NCBI GenBank assembly: GCA_963848295.1
Contig: CAWKDB010000010.1
Location: 4,128,001 to 4,192,000, forward strand
DNA length: 64,000 nt
Direction: 5' to 3'
Source of the DNA: an uncultured delta proteobacterium
Lineage (GTDB): Bacteria > Myxococcota_A > Polyangia > Haliangiales > Haliangiaceae
The position numbers and the translations under genes were made by a program. The stretch's first letter is position 1. Each line of letters starts with the position of its first letter. Positions 10,219 to 19,201 of this stretch are shown one piece after another. Below the pieces are notes generated by a model. That model made no database searches. It had not been told where the DNA came from and saw only the letters and a program-made list of their open reading frames with translations.

Positions 10219-11556
10219 CTACGGGCGGACGTGGTGTGGACCGCGCCCGCGCTCGGTCAGTCGCGGTCGCGGGCCGAACGCCTCGGGCGCCGCGCAGTGC
10301 GAGGTGGGTGCGAAGCCGATCTTCTTGTTGGCGACATCGATCACCGTGACGAAGGCGCGCATGAACGCGTCGCCCATCGTCGCGTTGCCTTGGTCGCCAC
10401 CGCCGTACACCACGAGGCAGTACTGGCCGCCACCGGTGTCGTAGAAGTACGACGCGAGCGCGGGGGCGCTGATCGTGATCGAGCCACCCCCGACGCCGGA
10501 GAACGTCAGCGAGAGCTTCGGCAACATCGCATCGACGGTCGCGGAAGTCGTCCCGGAAGACGCGGTGACGCAGCCAGCGGTGTCGGAATTCGAAGTCGTC
10601 GGGTCGGTGAGCGTCTGGCTCGGGAACAGCGACTTGAATGCGGTGTTCGCGTTGAGATCCTTGACCAGCGCGGTCTCGGCAGCGCTCGGGATATAGAACA
10701 GGCTCGTGCCCGTATCGACGATCGGGTTATCGAAGGTCGCGGCGGTCACGCCGAGGTTCGTGCCGCCGATCGCCATCGCCGTCATGTCGGCCGAATAGAA
10801 GTCGGCGTTGTCGCCGGTCGACAGCAGCGGCGTGTATTGCACGGGCGAAGCGACGTGAGTCTCGTCGTAGCCGCCGAGCCACATCGTGCCGTCGGTCGGA
10901 CACAGCTCGAAGCCCATGACCTTGGCCACACCCGCCGCGGTCACCGCGTCGAAGTAGGCGGTCGTGCCGGGATCGAGGAGCGCCGCTGGCCCCATGCCGA
11001 AGATGCCCTGATATTCGTTCCCCGCGAAGAACTGCGGGTTCGTGCTCTGCGACTTGATATCGACGAAGTCGAGCGACACGCTCGGCGTGCCGTGGTCGAG
11101 CGCGACGGTGTCGGAGTAGATCGATCCGGACCAGCCGCTGTTGTCGGCGTACGACGCTTGATCGCTCTTGCCGGTCGCGCTCGCCGAGGAGCCGGGCGCG
11201 TAGAGCGGCGACATTCCGCTGCACGTCGAGCAACCGGAACCGGCGAGGCCAGTCACCGTCGAACCGGTGTCGAGGTCGAGCTTGAACGTCTTGCCCGAGG
11301 CGGTGAGCGCGGGCAGGTAGAACTCGCCCTGATCGGCGCCGCTCGGCGTGGACAGCGGGATCGAATAGACGCCATTCATCGGCCCGGTGGCATCGGACGA
11401 CGACGAGCCGTCGACCGGGATCGCGCCGTCGCCGTCGGTGCCTCCGTCGTGAAGCGAATGCGAGGCGTCGGTGTTGCCGTTCGGGTTGGAGCCGGCGCTG
11501 CAACCGGTGACGAGCCCAAGAGTCATGACGAGCATCGAACGGAACTGCACTCGCAT
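10219..11556 (-). CDS. Pepsin-like (family A1) aspartic protease lipoprotein
   Basis: Two catalytic motifs LDTGS and VDTGT, flap Tyr (SYADNSGWSG), C-terminal MGDAFMR...IGFAP; lipobox VTGC. Confidence 0.88.
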   Translation of the reverse strand: MRVQFRSMLVMTLGLVTGCSAGSNPNGNTDASHSLHDGGTDGDGAIPVDGSSSSDATGPMNGVYSIPLSTPSGADQGEFYLPALTASGKTFKLDLDTGSTVTGLAGSGCSTCSGMSPLYAPGSSASATGKSDQASYADNSGWSGSIYSDTVALDHGTPSVSLDFVDIKSQSTNPQFFAGNEYQGIFGMGPAALLDPGTTAYFDAVTAAGVAKVMGFELCPTDGTMWLGGYDETHVASPVQYTPLLSTGDNADFYSADMTAMAIGGTNLGVTAATFDNPIVDTGTSLFYIPSAAETALVKDLNANTAFKSLFPSQTLTDPTTSNSDTAGCVTASSGTTSATVDAMLPKLSLTFSGVGGGSITISAPALASYFYDTGGGQYCLVVYGGGDQGNATMGDAFMRAFVTVIDVANKKIGFAPTSHCAAPEAFGPRPRLTERGRGPHHVRP

Positions 11557-11764
11557 GGCGGACACGCTAGCCGCGGCCGTCGTGCGTTGGCGCTTTCAGC
11601 CTCGAACAGCCGATGACACTCGAGTGCGCAGAGTGTGCAAATCGTAACTTCCCGGTCGCAGTGACCGGCGATCCGCATCGTGCGCCTCGGCGACAGCGCA
11701 CGACCCATCGTGCCCCACGCGAGGACACAGCGCGCTCGTGCGCGAGACCCTCTCGAGGTGCGCG

Positions 11765-12058
11765 TCAGTGTTTGTGCGCGGCCTTGTTACCGGGCTTCGC
11801 GCCGTGCCATTCGTTGACGTGCTTGTTTGCCTCGAGCCAGGTGTTGAGCTCGGCGGCGACGACAGCTGGGATGTGATCGAGATCGCCGGTTAACAGGCCA
11901 TTCACCTCGTTCAGCGCCAGCTCGATGTCGTTCGTTGCGCGATCGTCGGGCTCGAGCTTCGCAAGTGCTAGCTCGAGCTCCTGCTTGCGAACATGAACAC
12001 GCGCCTTGAGGTTCATGCCGCGGGTCGCGTCGGTCGTGTTTTCCTTGGTGTGGATCAT
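11765..12058 (-). CDS. Small helical hypothetical protein
   Basis: 97-aa ORF with RBS GAAGGAG and an upstream sigma54-like promoter. Confidence 0.75.
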   Translation of the reverse strand: MIHTKENTTDATRGMNLKARVHVRKQELELALAKLEPDDRATNDIELALNEVNGLLTGDLDHIPAVVAAELNTWLEANKHVNEWHGAKPGNKAAHKH

Positions 12059-12086
12059 CGGATCTCCTTCGATAGCGTCATGCTCG

Positions 12087-12102
12087 TGCAGAGATCGTGC
12101 CG
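12087..12102 (-). promoter_or_regulatory. Putative sigma54 promoter
   Basis: Minus strand cGGcacgatctctGCa (GG-N10-GC). Confidence 0.6.
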
Positions 12103-12261
12103 TGACGTGCGATCAGCGGCTCGCGCGGAGCCCCTTCGTGGTGGGTCGACGAGAGTTGTCGTGTCGCGAACCCGCCGCGTGTGGCGCCCGCGCCCGTCGG
12201 TGTCGCGATGATGAGGCGCTCCGAGCACCGGGTCGCGCGGATCGATTAGACTCGCGGGCAG

Positions 12262-14217
12262 ATGGATGCCGGGCCGGAATTCGAGCGTTGTCTCGCACTC
12301 GTCGTCGCCAGCGTCGAACGCACGGCGAAGCGCGTCCATGGTGCCGCCGACCTGCCGCACTTGCCACTGCCGATCAGCGCCGAGCCCGGCACGCCCGCGT
12401 ACGAGATGGCGACCGCGCTGGGTCTGCTGCCCGACGAGCTCGAGCTCGTGTGGTCGCTGATCGCGCGCGCAGTCGAGCCGTCGATCGCGGCGCATGCGCG
12501 TGACGTGTTCGGCGCCGACGCGTTGCTCGGCGTCAGCCTCGCCCATCACATCGCATGGCGCGAGCTGTCGCCCGAGCGCAGTCGCGCGCTCCTCGCCGTG
12601 CTCGATCGCGGCCACCGCCTGCGCACGAGCGGCATCCTCGTGCCGGTCGGCGACGGGCCGTACGACGTCCAATCGCCGTGGACCACGAGCCCGCGCGTGT
12701 GCAACTTCATCCGCGGCTCGCGCGACGTCGATCCCGAGCTCTCCGCGATCGGCGGCCTCGTCGAGCCCGGCCGCGTCTACCACTCGGCCGCGCAGGAAGC
12801 GACGCTCGGCCAGCTCCGGCACTGGCTCGGTGCCTCGGCCGCCGCGACGATCCAGCTCGACGGGCGGGCCGGCTCGGGTCGCCGCACCGCGGTGGCGATC
12901 GCGGCCGCACCGCGCCGGACGATCGCGGTCGACTTCGCGCGCGTCTCGGGCCGTCGCGCGCTGCCGACGCTGCTCGCGCTGTGGCGCGAGGTCCTGCTGC
13001 TCGACGCCGTACCGGTGATCGCGAACCTCGACGATCTGTGGGCGCGGCTGCCGCCCGACGACGAGCTCGAGCAAGCGTTGGTCGGCGCGCTCGATGCGAT
13101 CGACGGCCCGCTGATCGTGACGACGTCGTCGGGACCGCTCGAGCTCCGCGCGTCGCGCCGTCTCGTGCTCAATGCGCGGTGGCCGCTGCCGGATGCGGCG
13201 ACGCGCCGGCGCTTGTGGAGCGAGCTCCTGCCCGAGCGGCCCGCAGACAACGTGCTCGATCTCGTCGCCGATCGCTACGAGCTCGGAGCCGGCGGCATCG
13301 TCGCGGCGGCGCGGTCGGCGCAACATCGTGCCGGGCGGCGCGACGGCGTCCCGGTGCTTGGCGAGCTGGTCGCGAGCGTCCAAGACAACATCGCCGAGCG
13401 CCTCGGCGAGCTCGCGAAGCGCGTCGAGGTCACGCAAGAGTGGAGCGAGCTCGTCTTGCCGGCCGAGACGCGCGACGACGTCGCGATGTTGATCGGTCGC
13501 ATTCGCAACGCGCACGTCGTGCTCGACGGCTGGGGCTTTCGCAAGAAGCTCGCCCGCGGCGGCGGCGTCGCGGCGCTGTTCTCGGGACCGCCCGGCACCG
13601 GCAAGACGATGGTCGCCGGCCTCATCGCCCGAGAGCTCGAGCTCGAGCTCTATCAAGTCGACCTGTCGCGCATCGTGTCGAAGTGGATCGGCGAGACCGA
13701 GAAGCAGCTCGCGCGCGTGTTCGAGGCGGCCGAGGCCGGCCACGCGCTGCTGCTGTTCGACGAGGCCGACGCGCTGTTCGCCAAGCGCTCGGCCGAGGTC
13801 AAGTCGGCGGTCGATCGCTACGCGAACCTCGAGGTGAACTACTTGCTCCAGCGCGTCGAGAGCTTCGGCGGCGTCGTCGTGCTGACCACGAACCTCGACA
13901 GCAGCATCGATCCCGCGCTGCGCCGCCGGCTCGCGAGTCACATCGTGTTCGGACCACCCGAGGTCGGCGAACGCGAGCGGCTGTGGCACACGATGCTCGA
14001 CACGCGCGCGCCGCGCGACCCCAACCTCGATCTGCGCGCCCTCGCCGAGGAGTTCGCCGACATGAGCGGCGCGAACATCCGCAACGCGACACTCGCCGCG
14101 GCCTTCATCGCCGCCGACGAGGGCCGGCCGATCGGCGCGAGCCACCTGCGCCGCGCCGCGCACAGCGAGTATCGAGCGATGGGGCGCGTGCTGAGTCGCG
14201 GCCCGAACGGCCGGTGA
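12262..14217 (+). CDS. AAA+ ATPase, Afp15/Pvc15 (eCIS-associated) type
   Basis: Degenerate first P-loop [71 protein letters not shown]. Confidence 0.88.
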   Translation: MDAGPEFERCLALVVASVERTAKRVHGAADLPHLPLPISAEPGTPAYEMATALGLLPDELELVWSLIARAVEPSIAAHARDVFGADALLGVSLAHHIAWRELSPERSRALLAVLDRGHRLRTSGILVPVGDGPYDVQSPWTTSPRVCNFIRGSRDVDPELSAIGGLVEPGRVYHSAAQEATLGQLRHWLGASAAATIQLDGRAGSGRRTAVAIAAAPRRTIAVDFARVSGRRALPTLLALWREVLLLDAVPVIANLDDLWARLPPDDELEQALVGALDAIDGPLIVTTSSGPLELRASRRLVLNARWPLPDAATRRRLWSELLPERPADNVLDLVADRYELGAGGIVAAARSAQHRAGRRDGVPVLGELVASVQDNIAERLGELAKRVEVTQEWSELVLPAETRDDVAMLIGRIRNAHVVLDGWGFRKKLARGGGVAALFSGPPGTGKTMVAGLIARELELELYQVDLSRIVSKWIGETEKQLARVFEAAEAGHALLLFDEADALFAKRSAEVKSAVDRYANLEVNYLLQRVESFGGVVVLTTNLDSSIDPALRRRLASHIVFGPPEVGERERLWHTMLDTRAPRDPNLDLRALAEEFADMSGANIRNATLAAAFIAADEGRPIGASHLRRAAHSEYRAMGRVLSRGPNGR

Positions 14218-14221
14218 GCTC

Positions 14222-15265
14222 GTGGCCGCGATCTCGTATACGCGGTGCGCGCGCCCGCACCTGACCGCGCGGCGGATGAGCACGTACACGATCCTCGGCT
14301 TTCTCGGCTACGCGCTCGCGAACGTCGTCGGCTCGGTGCTCGCGAGCGCGTGGGACCTCACGCTCGGCGAGCGGCTGATCGCCCTGTTCGCGCCGGGCGT
14401 CGCGTTCATCGTCGTCGTCACGATCGCGAGCGCGATCTCCGGCATGGAGCGCATCGTGTTCTATCAGTGCACGCTCGCCGCGCTCGGCTCGGTGCTCGTG
14501 CTCGGCCTCGCCACGGGCGCGCGCGTCGAGCGGCTGCTCGACATCGTGACGATCGGCATCGGCGTCTTCCTCGTGTTCGGCCGACTCGGCTGCTTCTCGG
14601 TCGGCTGTTGCCACGGCACGCTCGGCCGCGGCATCACGTACGGCCCGGCGCACGTCGCGATCGGCTTCTGGCCGCGCTGGCAGGGGCGGGCGCTGTGGCC
14701 GGTGCAGGCGATCGAAGCGGCGGCGAGCGCCGCGCTCGTCGTGCTCGCGCTGCTGTCGTCGGCGACGCCGGGCACCGCGGCGCTCGTCTACCTCGACGGC
14801 TACGCGCTCGTCCGGTTCACGCTCGAGCTCGCGCGCGGCGATCTGATGCGCCCGTACGTGCGCGGCCTGAGCGAAGCGCAGTGGCTCGCGGTCGGCTGCG
14901 CGGTCGCGTGCGCGGCCTGGCGCCCGCATCCTGTGACGCTCGCGATCGCCGCGCTGCTCGTCACCGCGACCGTCGTGCTCGTCGCTCGCCGCCGCGCGCG
15001 CGAGCTGCTGTCACCACCGCACCTGCGCGACCTCGATCGCGCGCTGCTCGCCGCCGCCGACGGCGACAAGCACGTCACGACGCTCGGCATCTCGGTGTCG
15101 CGGCACACGCTGCCCGACGGCCGCACCGACTGGATCCTGTCCGGCACGCACCCGAGATGGTCGACCGCGCTCGCGCGTCGGCTCGCGCACGCGATGTGGC
15201 CCGACCCGTGGGAGATCGTCGAAGGCCGCACGCCGGGCATCGTGCACGTGCTCACGCCGCCGTGA
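14222..15265 (+). CDS. Prolipoprotein diacylglyceryl transferase (Lgt)-like membrane protein
   Basis: GRLGCFSVGCCHG, PVQAIEA and RFTLELARGD motifs; many TM helices; start may be 14276. Confidence 0.75.
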   Translation: MAAISYTRCARPHLTARRMSTYTILGFLGYALANVVGSVLASAWDLTLGERLIALFAPGVAFIVVVTIASAISGMERIVFYQCTLAALGSVLVLGLATGARVERLLDIVTIGIGVFLVFGRLGCFSVGCCHGTLGRGITYGPAHVAIGFWPRWQGRALWPVQAIEAAASAALVVLALLSSATPGTAALVYLDGYALVRFTLELARGDLMRPYVRGLSEAQWLAVGCAVACAAWRPHPVTLAIAALLVTATVVLVARRRARELLSPPHLRDLDRALLAAADGDKHVTTLGISVSRHTLPDGRTDWILSGTHPRWSTALARRLAHAMWPDPWEIVEGRTPGIVHVLTPP

Positions 15266-15302
15266 TTCGGTCGACGTGCGTCACGACGACCGCGAAGCCA
15301 GA

Positions 15303-15983
15303 TCACGACTCGCGATGGCCCGCCGGCGGCAGCAGCCCTTGCTCGGTGCAGTTGAGCATCACGATCGCGCTGTGAAAGAACGCGTAGTCGGCGGCGAGCA
15401 CGATCGCGCCGAGCGCCGCGAGCCACGCCGCCGCCGGGCTCGCGGCAACACCGGCGACGAGCGCTGCGGAGACGGTGACGAACCACGCGACGCGTCCCGG
15501 CCGCCAGCTGCGCTCGAAGCGCGCGATCACTTCGGCGATCGGTGCCGCGCCGCGGTCGACGAGGATCACTTTCGTATGCGGCGGCAACTGCCACGCGGCG
15601 CGCATCACGTCCTCGCCGGGAATGTAGCTCGAGATGTACGCCGTCAGCGCGAGGTCGCGCGGAACGACGAACTTCAGACCGACCCGACGAATCGCCTGCG
15701 TCGCGATCTCGATGTACGTGCCGGTCGGCACGGCGATATCCATGCCGTTGGTCACGCGCAGCACGAGCGCTTGGCTGAGACACGCGTCGCGCCCGATCTT
15801 CGCGCCGAGCGTCACGTCACCGGCGCCGACGAACACGACGTCGAGCGCGCGCCGCCGCCATTCGTCGTCGGTCTCCTGCAACGCGGGGAGGTTCTTGCTC
15901 ACGCGCCGCAGGTGACGCACGCCGCGGCCGAACGACAGGCCGAGCAGGCCCGCATAGAGCGCGGCGAACACGAGCACCATCAC
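15303..15983 (-). CDS. Hypothetical membrane protein
   Basis: N-terminal TM helix and two C-terminal TM helices; overlaps the upstream stop. Confidence 0.6.
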   Translation of the reverse strand: MMVLVFAALYAGLLGLSFGRGVRHLRRVSKNLPALQETDDEWRRRALDVVFVGAGDVTLGAKIGRDACLSQALVLRVTNGMDIAVPTGTYIEIATQAIRRVGLKFVVPRDLALTAYISSYIPGEDVMRAAWQLPPHTKVILVDRGAAPIAEVIARFERSWRPGRVAWFVTVSAALVAGVAASPAAAWLAALGAIVLAADYAFFHSAIVMLNCTEQGLLPPAGHRES

Positions 15984-16690
15984 CGAATAGCTTGCAGCAA
16001 CGCCGCGAGCTTTGCCTCGTCGATCACGCCGAACTTCGCTTCGATGCCGGTGCCGACCATGAACGCGTCGACGTAGGGCACGTAGGTCCGGGCGTTCTCG
16101 GCGGTGACGCCCGACGCGAGCGCGATCGCCGCGTCACCGGCGCCCTCATGAAGCGCACGCAGTCGTTCGGGATCGGCGGCCTGCCCGGTGCCCGGACCGC
16201 TCGTGCACAGCACGTCCATGTAGCGCGCCGCGATCGCCGCCGTGCGGCCGAGATCGCCGAGCGCGATGTCGCGCTGGTACTTGAACGCCGTGCCACCGAA
16301 GTAGAGGCCGGTCCAGTTGCGTGCGCGGCGCGCCGCGACCATCTCCTCGGCGCCGGGCTGCTCGGTCGCGCGCTCGTCGATGCTCGCGTTGTCAGACCAG
16401 ATGCCATCGATCCGCCCACCACAGCCGTCGAGTGCGGTCGCGAGCGCCGCCGCTGGGCGACGAGACAACAGGTTCACGCCGACCCACAGCGAAGGGTACT
16501 TCTCGCGGACCTCGACGATCAGCTCGAGCACTTCGGGCTCGCGCAGCCCTTGATCGATCAGGAACAAGCCTTTAGCGCCGGCGCGATGGACGACCGCGAT
16601 GCTGCGCAGGGCCTCTTCGCGACTCACCGGATGGACGACCGGGAGGACGACCGGGCTCGTACCGAAGATCTCGATGATTCGATTCATCAT
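15980..16690 (-). CDS. BtpA/SgcQ-like TIM-barrel protein
   Basis: VLPVVH...GVNLL...FGGTAFKYQ...TSGPGTG...ASGVTAEN...FMVGTGI. Confidence 0.75.
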   Translation of the reverse strand: MMNRIIEIFGTSPVVLPVVHPVSREEALRSIAVVHRAGAKGLFLIDQGLREPEVLELIVEVREKYPSLWVGVNLLSRRPAAALATALDGCGGRIDGIWSDNASIDERATEQPGAEEMVAARRARNWTGLYFGGTAFKYQRDIALGDLGRTAAIAARYMDVLCTSGPGTGQAADPERLRALHEGAGDAAIALASGVTAENARTYVPYVDAFMVGTGIEAKFGVIDEAKLAALLQAIR

Positions 16691-16697
16691 GCTTCAT

Positions 16698-17588
16698 CCT
16701 CGCATGACGTCAGGGCCGACGACCACGCATCGCAAGGCGCTCGCGACCTCTGAGGCCCGCATCGCGCTAACTCGTGCCGAGCGCGAAGGTCTTGCTCAAC
16801 ATCGCGACCAGCCGATCGAGCGTCGTGCGGCCGGGCAGCGGCAGCAGGCCGGCCTCGACGATCGCGCCGAGCTTCGCATCGCCGCGCCATGCGGTGCGCT
16901 GGCGGCTCATGATCGCGATCACGTTGGCGGTGTAGTCGCCGGTGAACGGGTGCTCGCCGGTGTGCCAGTAGGCGATCATCGCCGCCAGCGCGAACACGTC
17001 GGCCGCCGGTGTCGGCGGATCTTCGGGCCGTGCGAGCACCTCGGGCGCAAAGTACACGTGAGGGAAGCACAGCGGCACACCGTAGTCGGGCTTGGTCATC
17101 TTCGCGTGGAACACGTCGCAGCGCGGCGCGATGCCGGTCACGCGGTCACCGTCGATGTACACCAGCTCCGGGCGAAGGCCGCCGAGCACGATGCCGCGCG
17201 CATGTGCCGCCGCGACGACCTCGGCGACCGCGAGGCCGAGCCGAGCTGTCGTAGCCGCGTCCATCACCGTCGGGTGATCTGCGCTGGGGATGCCCGCAGG
17301 TTCGTCTTCGACCAGCCCGTCGTAGCGGGCCTCGCCGGTCGCGGTGACCGGGCCGATGTGCCGTAGCGCCGCAATCCCAGGCAGCTCGTAGCCGAGGCGC
17401 TGGCGGACCTGATCGAGTGGATCGCGTTGCGGCGTCCCGATCGAGATCAAGACGGAGGTCTGGCGCTCGCGATCGCGGCCGCGGTACAGCCCTCGGTCCG
17501 CGCCGCCGGCGAGCTCCTCGCGTAGCTCGTAGCGAGCGTGATCGAGTGTGGCACCTAGCGGGAGGTTGTCGCGCAGGAACGCTTCGCG
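16698..17588. repeat. ~890-bp direct repeat, copy 1 (pseudokinase-coding half plus ~70 bp past the stop)
   Basis: Near-identical to 21170-22059 (offset 4471-4472, one 1-nt indel in the 3' flank). Confidence 0.92.
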
Positions 17589-18245
17589 AAATGTCGCGGC
17601 GTCGCGCATGAGCTTGTCGATCGTGTCCGTCGAAACCGACAACTCGCCGCCGGTGTCTTCTCGCACGATCCGAAATCCAGTGCCAGCTCGCGACACGCGA
17701 ACCGTCGGATTGCCATGAACCTCCGCGATCCCGCCGGCTAGCGCCTCTCGGAGTGCGGATCCGGAGCGGGAGAGCAGCGCGTCGAGCAGGCACCGCGCAA
17801 CACCCTCCGGATCATTCGCAAGCGCAAATCCCCCGTCCTCGCTCACCTGGACAAACGGTGCTTCGATGGCCCCAAACAGGACCTCGAGAGCATCGTCGAC
17901 CTCGGGCACATCACCGCCGTAGTCGGCGTCTTCGTAGCGAAGCGTATAGTGCTTGCGAAGCCACGCGACGAAGTGGCGTGCTGGTTCGACCGGGGTGATT
18001 CGATACCAGATGCGAATCATCATCGGTGCTACCTCGACCCCGATGACCGTGCCGGGAAAGCGTGCAGGCTCGTCTGCCCTCGCGTGCAAGGCTGTCTCGA
18101 TCCCCGAGACACCGTAAGAGAGCATGAAGGTGTGAGGCGAAACTGGATCCCGGGCCGAGTAGCGCAGACTCACAATGTACTTCTCGACGGAAGTGACATC
18201 GAACTCGCGATGATCTGCGGTACGAAGAATGATGTCCTGAATCAC
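16767..18245 (-). CDS. Putative immunity protein fused to a pseudokinase domain, copy C
   Basis: 492 aa; GTG overlaps the TGA of a toxin-tip relic; kinase fold with HARGIVLGGLRPE (no HRD), YFAPE, ADVFALA. Confidence 0.8.
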   Translation of the reverse strand: MIQDIILRTADHREFDVTSVEKYIVSLRYSARDPVSPHTFMLSYGVSGIETALHARADEPARFPGTVIGVEVAPMMIRIWYRITPVEPARHFVAWLRKHYTLRYEDADYGGDVPEVDDALEVLFGAIEAPFVQVSEDGGFALANDPEGVARCLLDALLSRSGSALREALAGGIAEVHGNPTVRVSRAGTGFRIVREDTGGELSVSTDTIDKLMRDAATFREAFLRDNLPLGATLDHARYELREELAGGADRGLYRGRDRERQTSVLISIGTPQRDPLDQVRQRLGYELPGIAALRHIGPVTATGEARYDGLVEDEPAGIPSADHPTVMDAATTARLGLAVAEVVAAAHARGIVLGGLRPELVYIDGDRVTGIAPRCDVFHAKMTKPDYGVPLCFPHVYFAPEVLARPEDPPTPAADVFALAAMIAYWHTGEHPFTGDYTANVIAIMSRQRTAWRGDAKLGAIVEAGLLPLPGRTTLDRLVAMLSKTFALGTS

Positions 18246-18418
18246 GGAGCCTTCTTGTGACCGGCCGACATCACGGCGTCGTTGTAAGCATCAGCCTGCA
18301 CCTGAACTGCCACCGAGGCGAGCTTCTCGGAATCACCAAACGCAAGCTCCTCTCCGTTGCCAAGACGAAGCATGAACGTATGAGGCGCGATCGGGTCGGG
18401 TGCACCGAGACGCAGCTC
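18242..18418 (-). pseudogene. Chimeric relic: immunity-head fragment joined in frame to the last ~18 codons of a toxin tip
   Basis: Reads ELRLGAPDPIAPHTFMLRL...QADAYNDAVMSAGHKKAP*; 18372-18400 matches 22598-22626 at 28/29 nt; no start codon 5' of the homologous part. Confidence 0.75.
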
Positions 18419-18920
18419 ACGCGTTCGCTACCACCTGCGCGTACGTAGTCAGGTAGGACGCGAGTAACGTCGGGAGATCCCGAGCGGCGTCACTCGAGAT
18501 CAGGCCATAGCGCGCGCTCGTGTACGGACCGGTCGTGATCTCGGCGGGCATTCGAGCGACGACATCCTTCCTGCCGACGAGCCCGTAACCACGCTCCTGT
18601 TCGCGTCGCGTGCGCCATTGAAAGTAGCGTTGTTTCTCGACCGCAGCTGCCAGATTGTGAGACTCCACGCGCTTCATAATGCTCGATCGATCGGCGTCGA
18701 ACGCTACGATTCGCGGGCCCTGTTGCACGGGTGCGTCGGCGCGGAGCTCGAACACGATGACGTAGCCGGTCGCAGGAGCATCGGCGAGCATTCCCTCAAC
18801 GATCGGAACCTCGATCGCGAGCGCGTCTCCGACCGCCTTCGCGAGCTCGTCGACATGCCACGGCTGCTCGGCCACCGCCGCCGGGCGTGCGTTCACAGGA
18901 ACGAGAATGGTGACCTTCAT
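18417..18920 (-). CDS. Hypothetical protein, probable orphan immunity protein
   Basis: 167-aa ORF inside the toxin cassette array; no recognisable motif. Confidence 0.6.
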   Translation of the reverse strand: MKVTILVPVNARPAAVAEQPWHVDELAKAVGDALAIEVPIVEGMLADAPATGYVIVFELRADAPVQQGPRIVAFDADRSSIMKRVESHNLAAAVEKQRYFQWRTRREQERGYGLVGRKDVVARMPAEITTGPYTSARYGLISSDAARDLPTLLASYLTTYAQVVANA

Positions 18921-18926
18921 GAACGC

Positions 18927-19106
18927 CTACGGCTCCTTCGGGAAGCGCGCTACGTCGATGTCGTCCAGAAGACGTTCACACACGGTCAGCAATTCACGAT
19001 CGGGAAGCGGGTGCAATGCGATGGAAGCGAGGATTCGAGCGCGCGTCGTCGCATTGTTCGAGCGAAGCTTCTCGAGCCGATATAGCTGGTCATCTTCTTC
19101 GGTCAC
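18927..19106 (-). CDS. Short helical (HEAT-like) ORF, probable truncated immunity gene
   Basis: My translation (59 aa, not in the ORF track): MTEEDDQLYRLEKLRSNNATTRARILASIALHPLPDRELLTVCERLLDDIDVARFPKEP*. Confidence 0.45.
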   Translation of the reverse strand: MTEEDDQLYRLEKLRSNNATTRARILASIALHPLPDRELLTVCERLLDDIDVARFPKEP

Positions 19107-19201
19107 TGTGCAGTCTCGAGATCGTTACGGAAGTCGCGCCGTGTCGTCGCGGTTCACCAGATTAGAATTCGGCACGCCCGGCGGCACGACTATCGTCCAG
19201 T

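Noticed and set aside
11600..11760. Structured RNA in the intergenic region (hairpin ccggtcgcagtgaccgg)
   Set aside because: Only a short GC-rich stem, with no recognisable riboswitch, tRNA or terminator U-tract.
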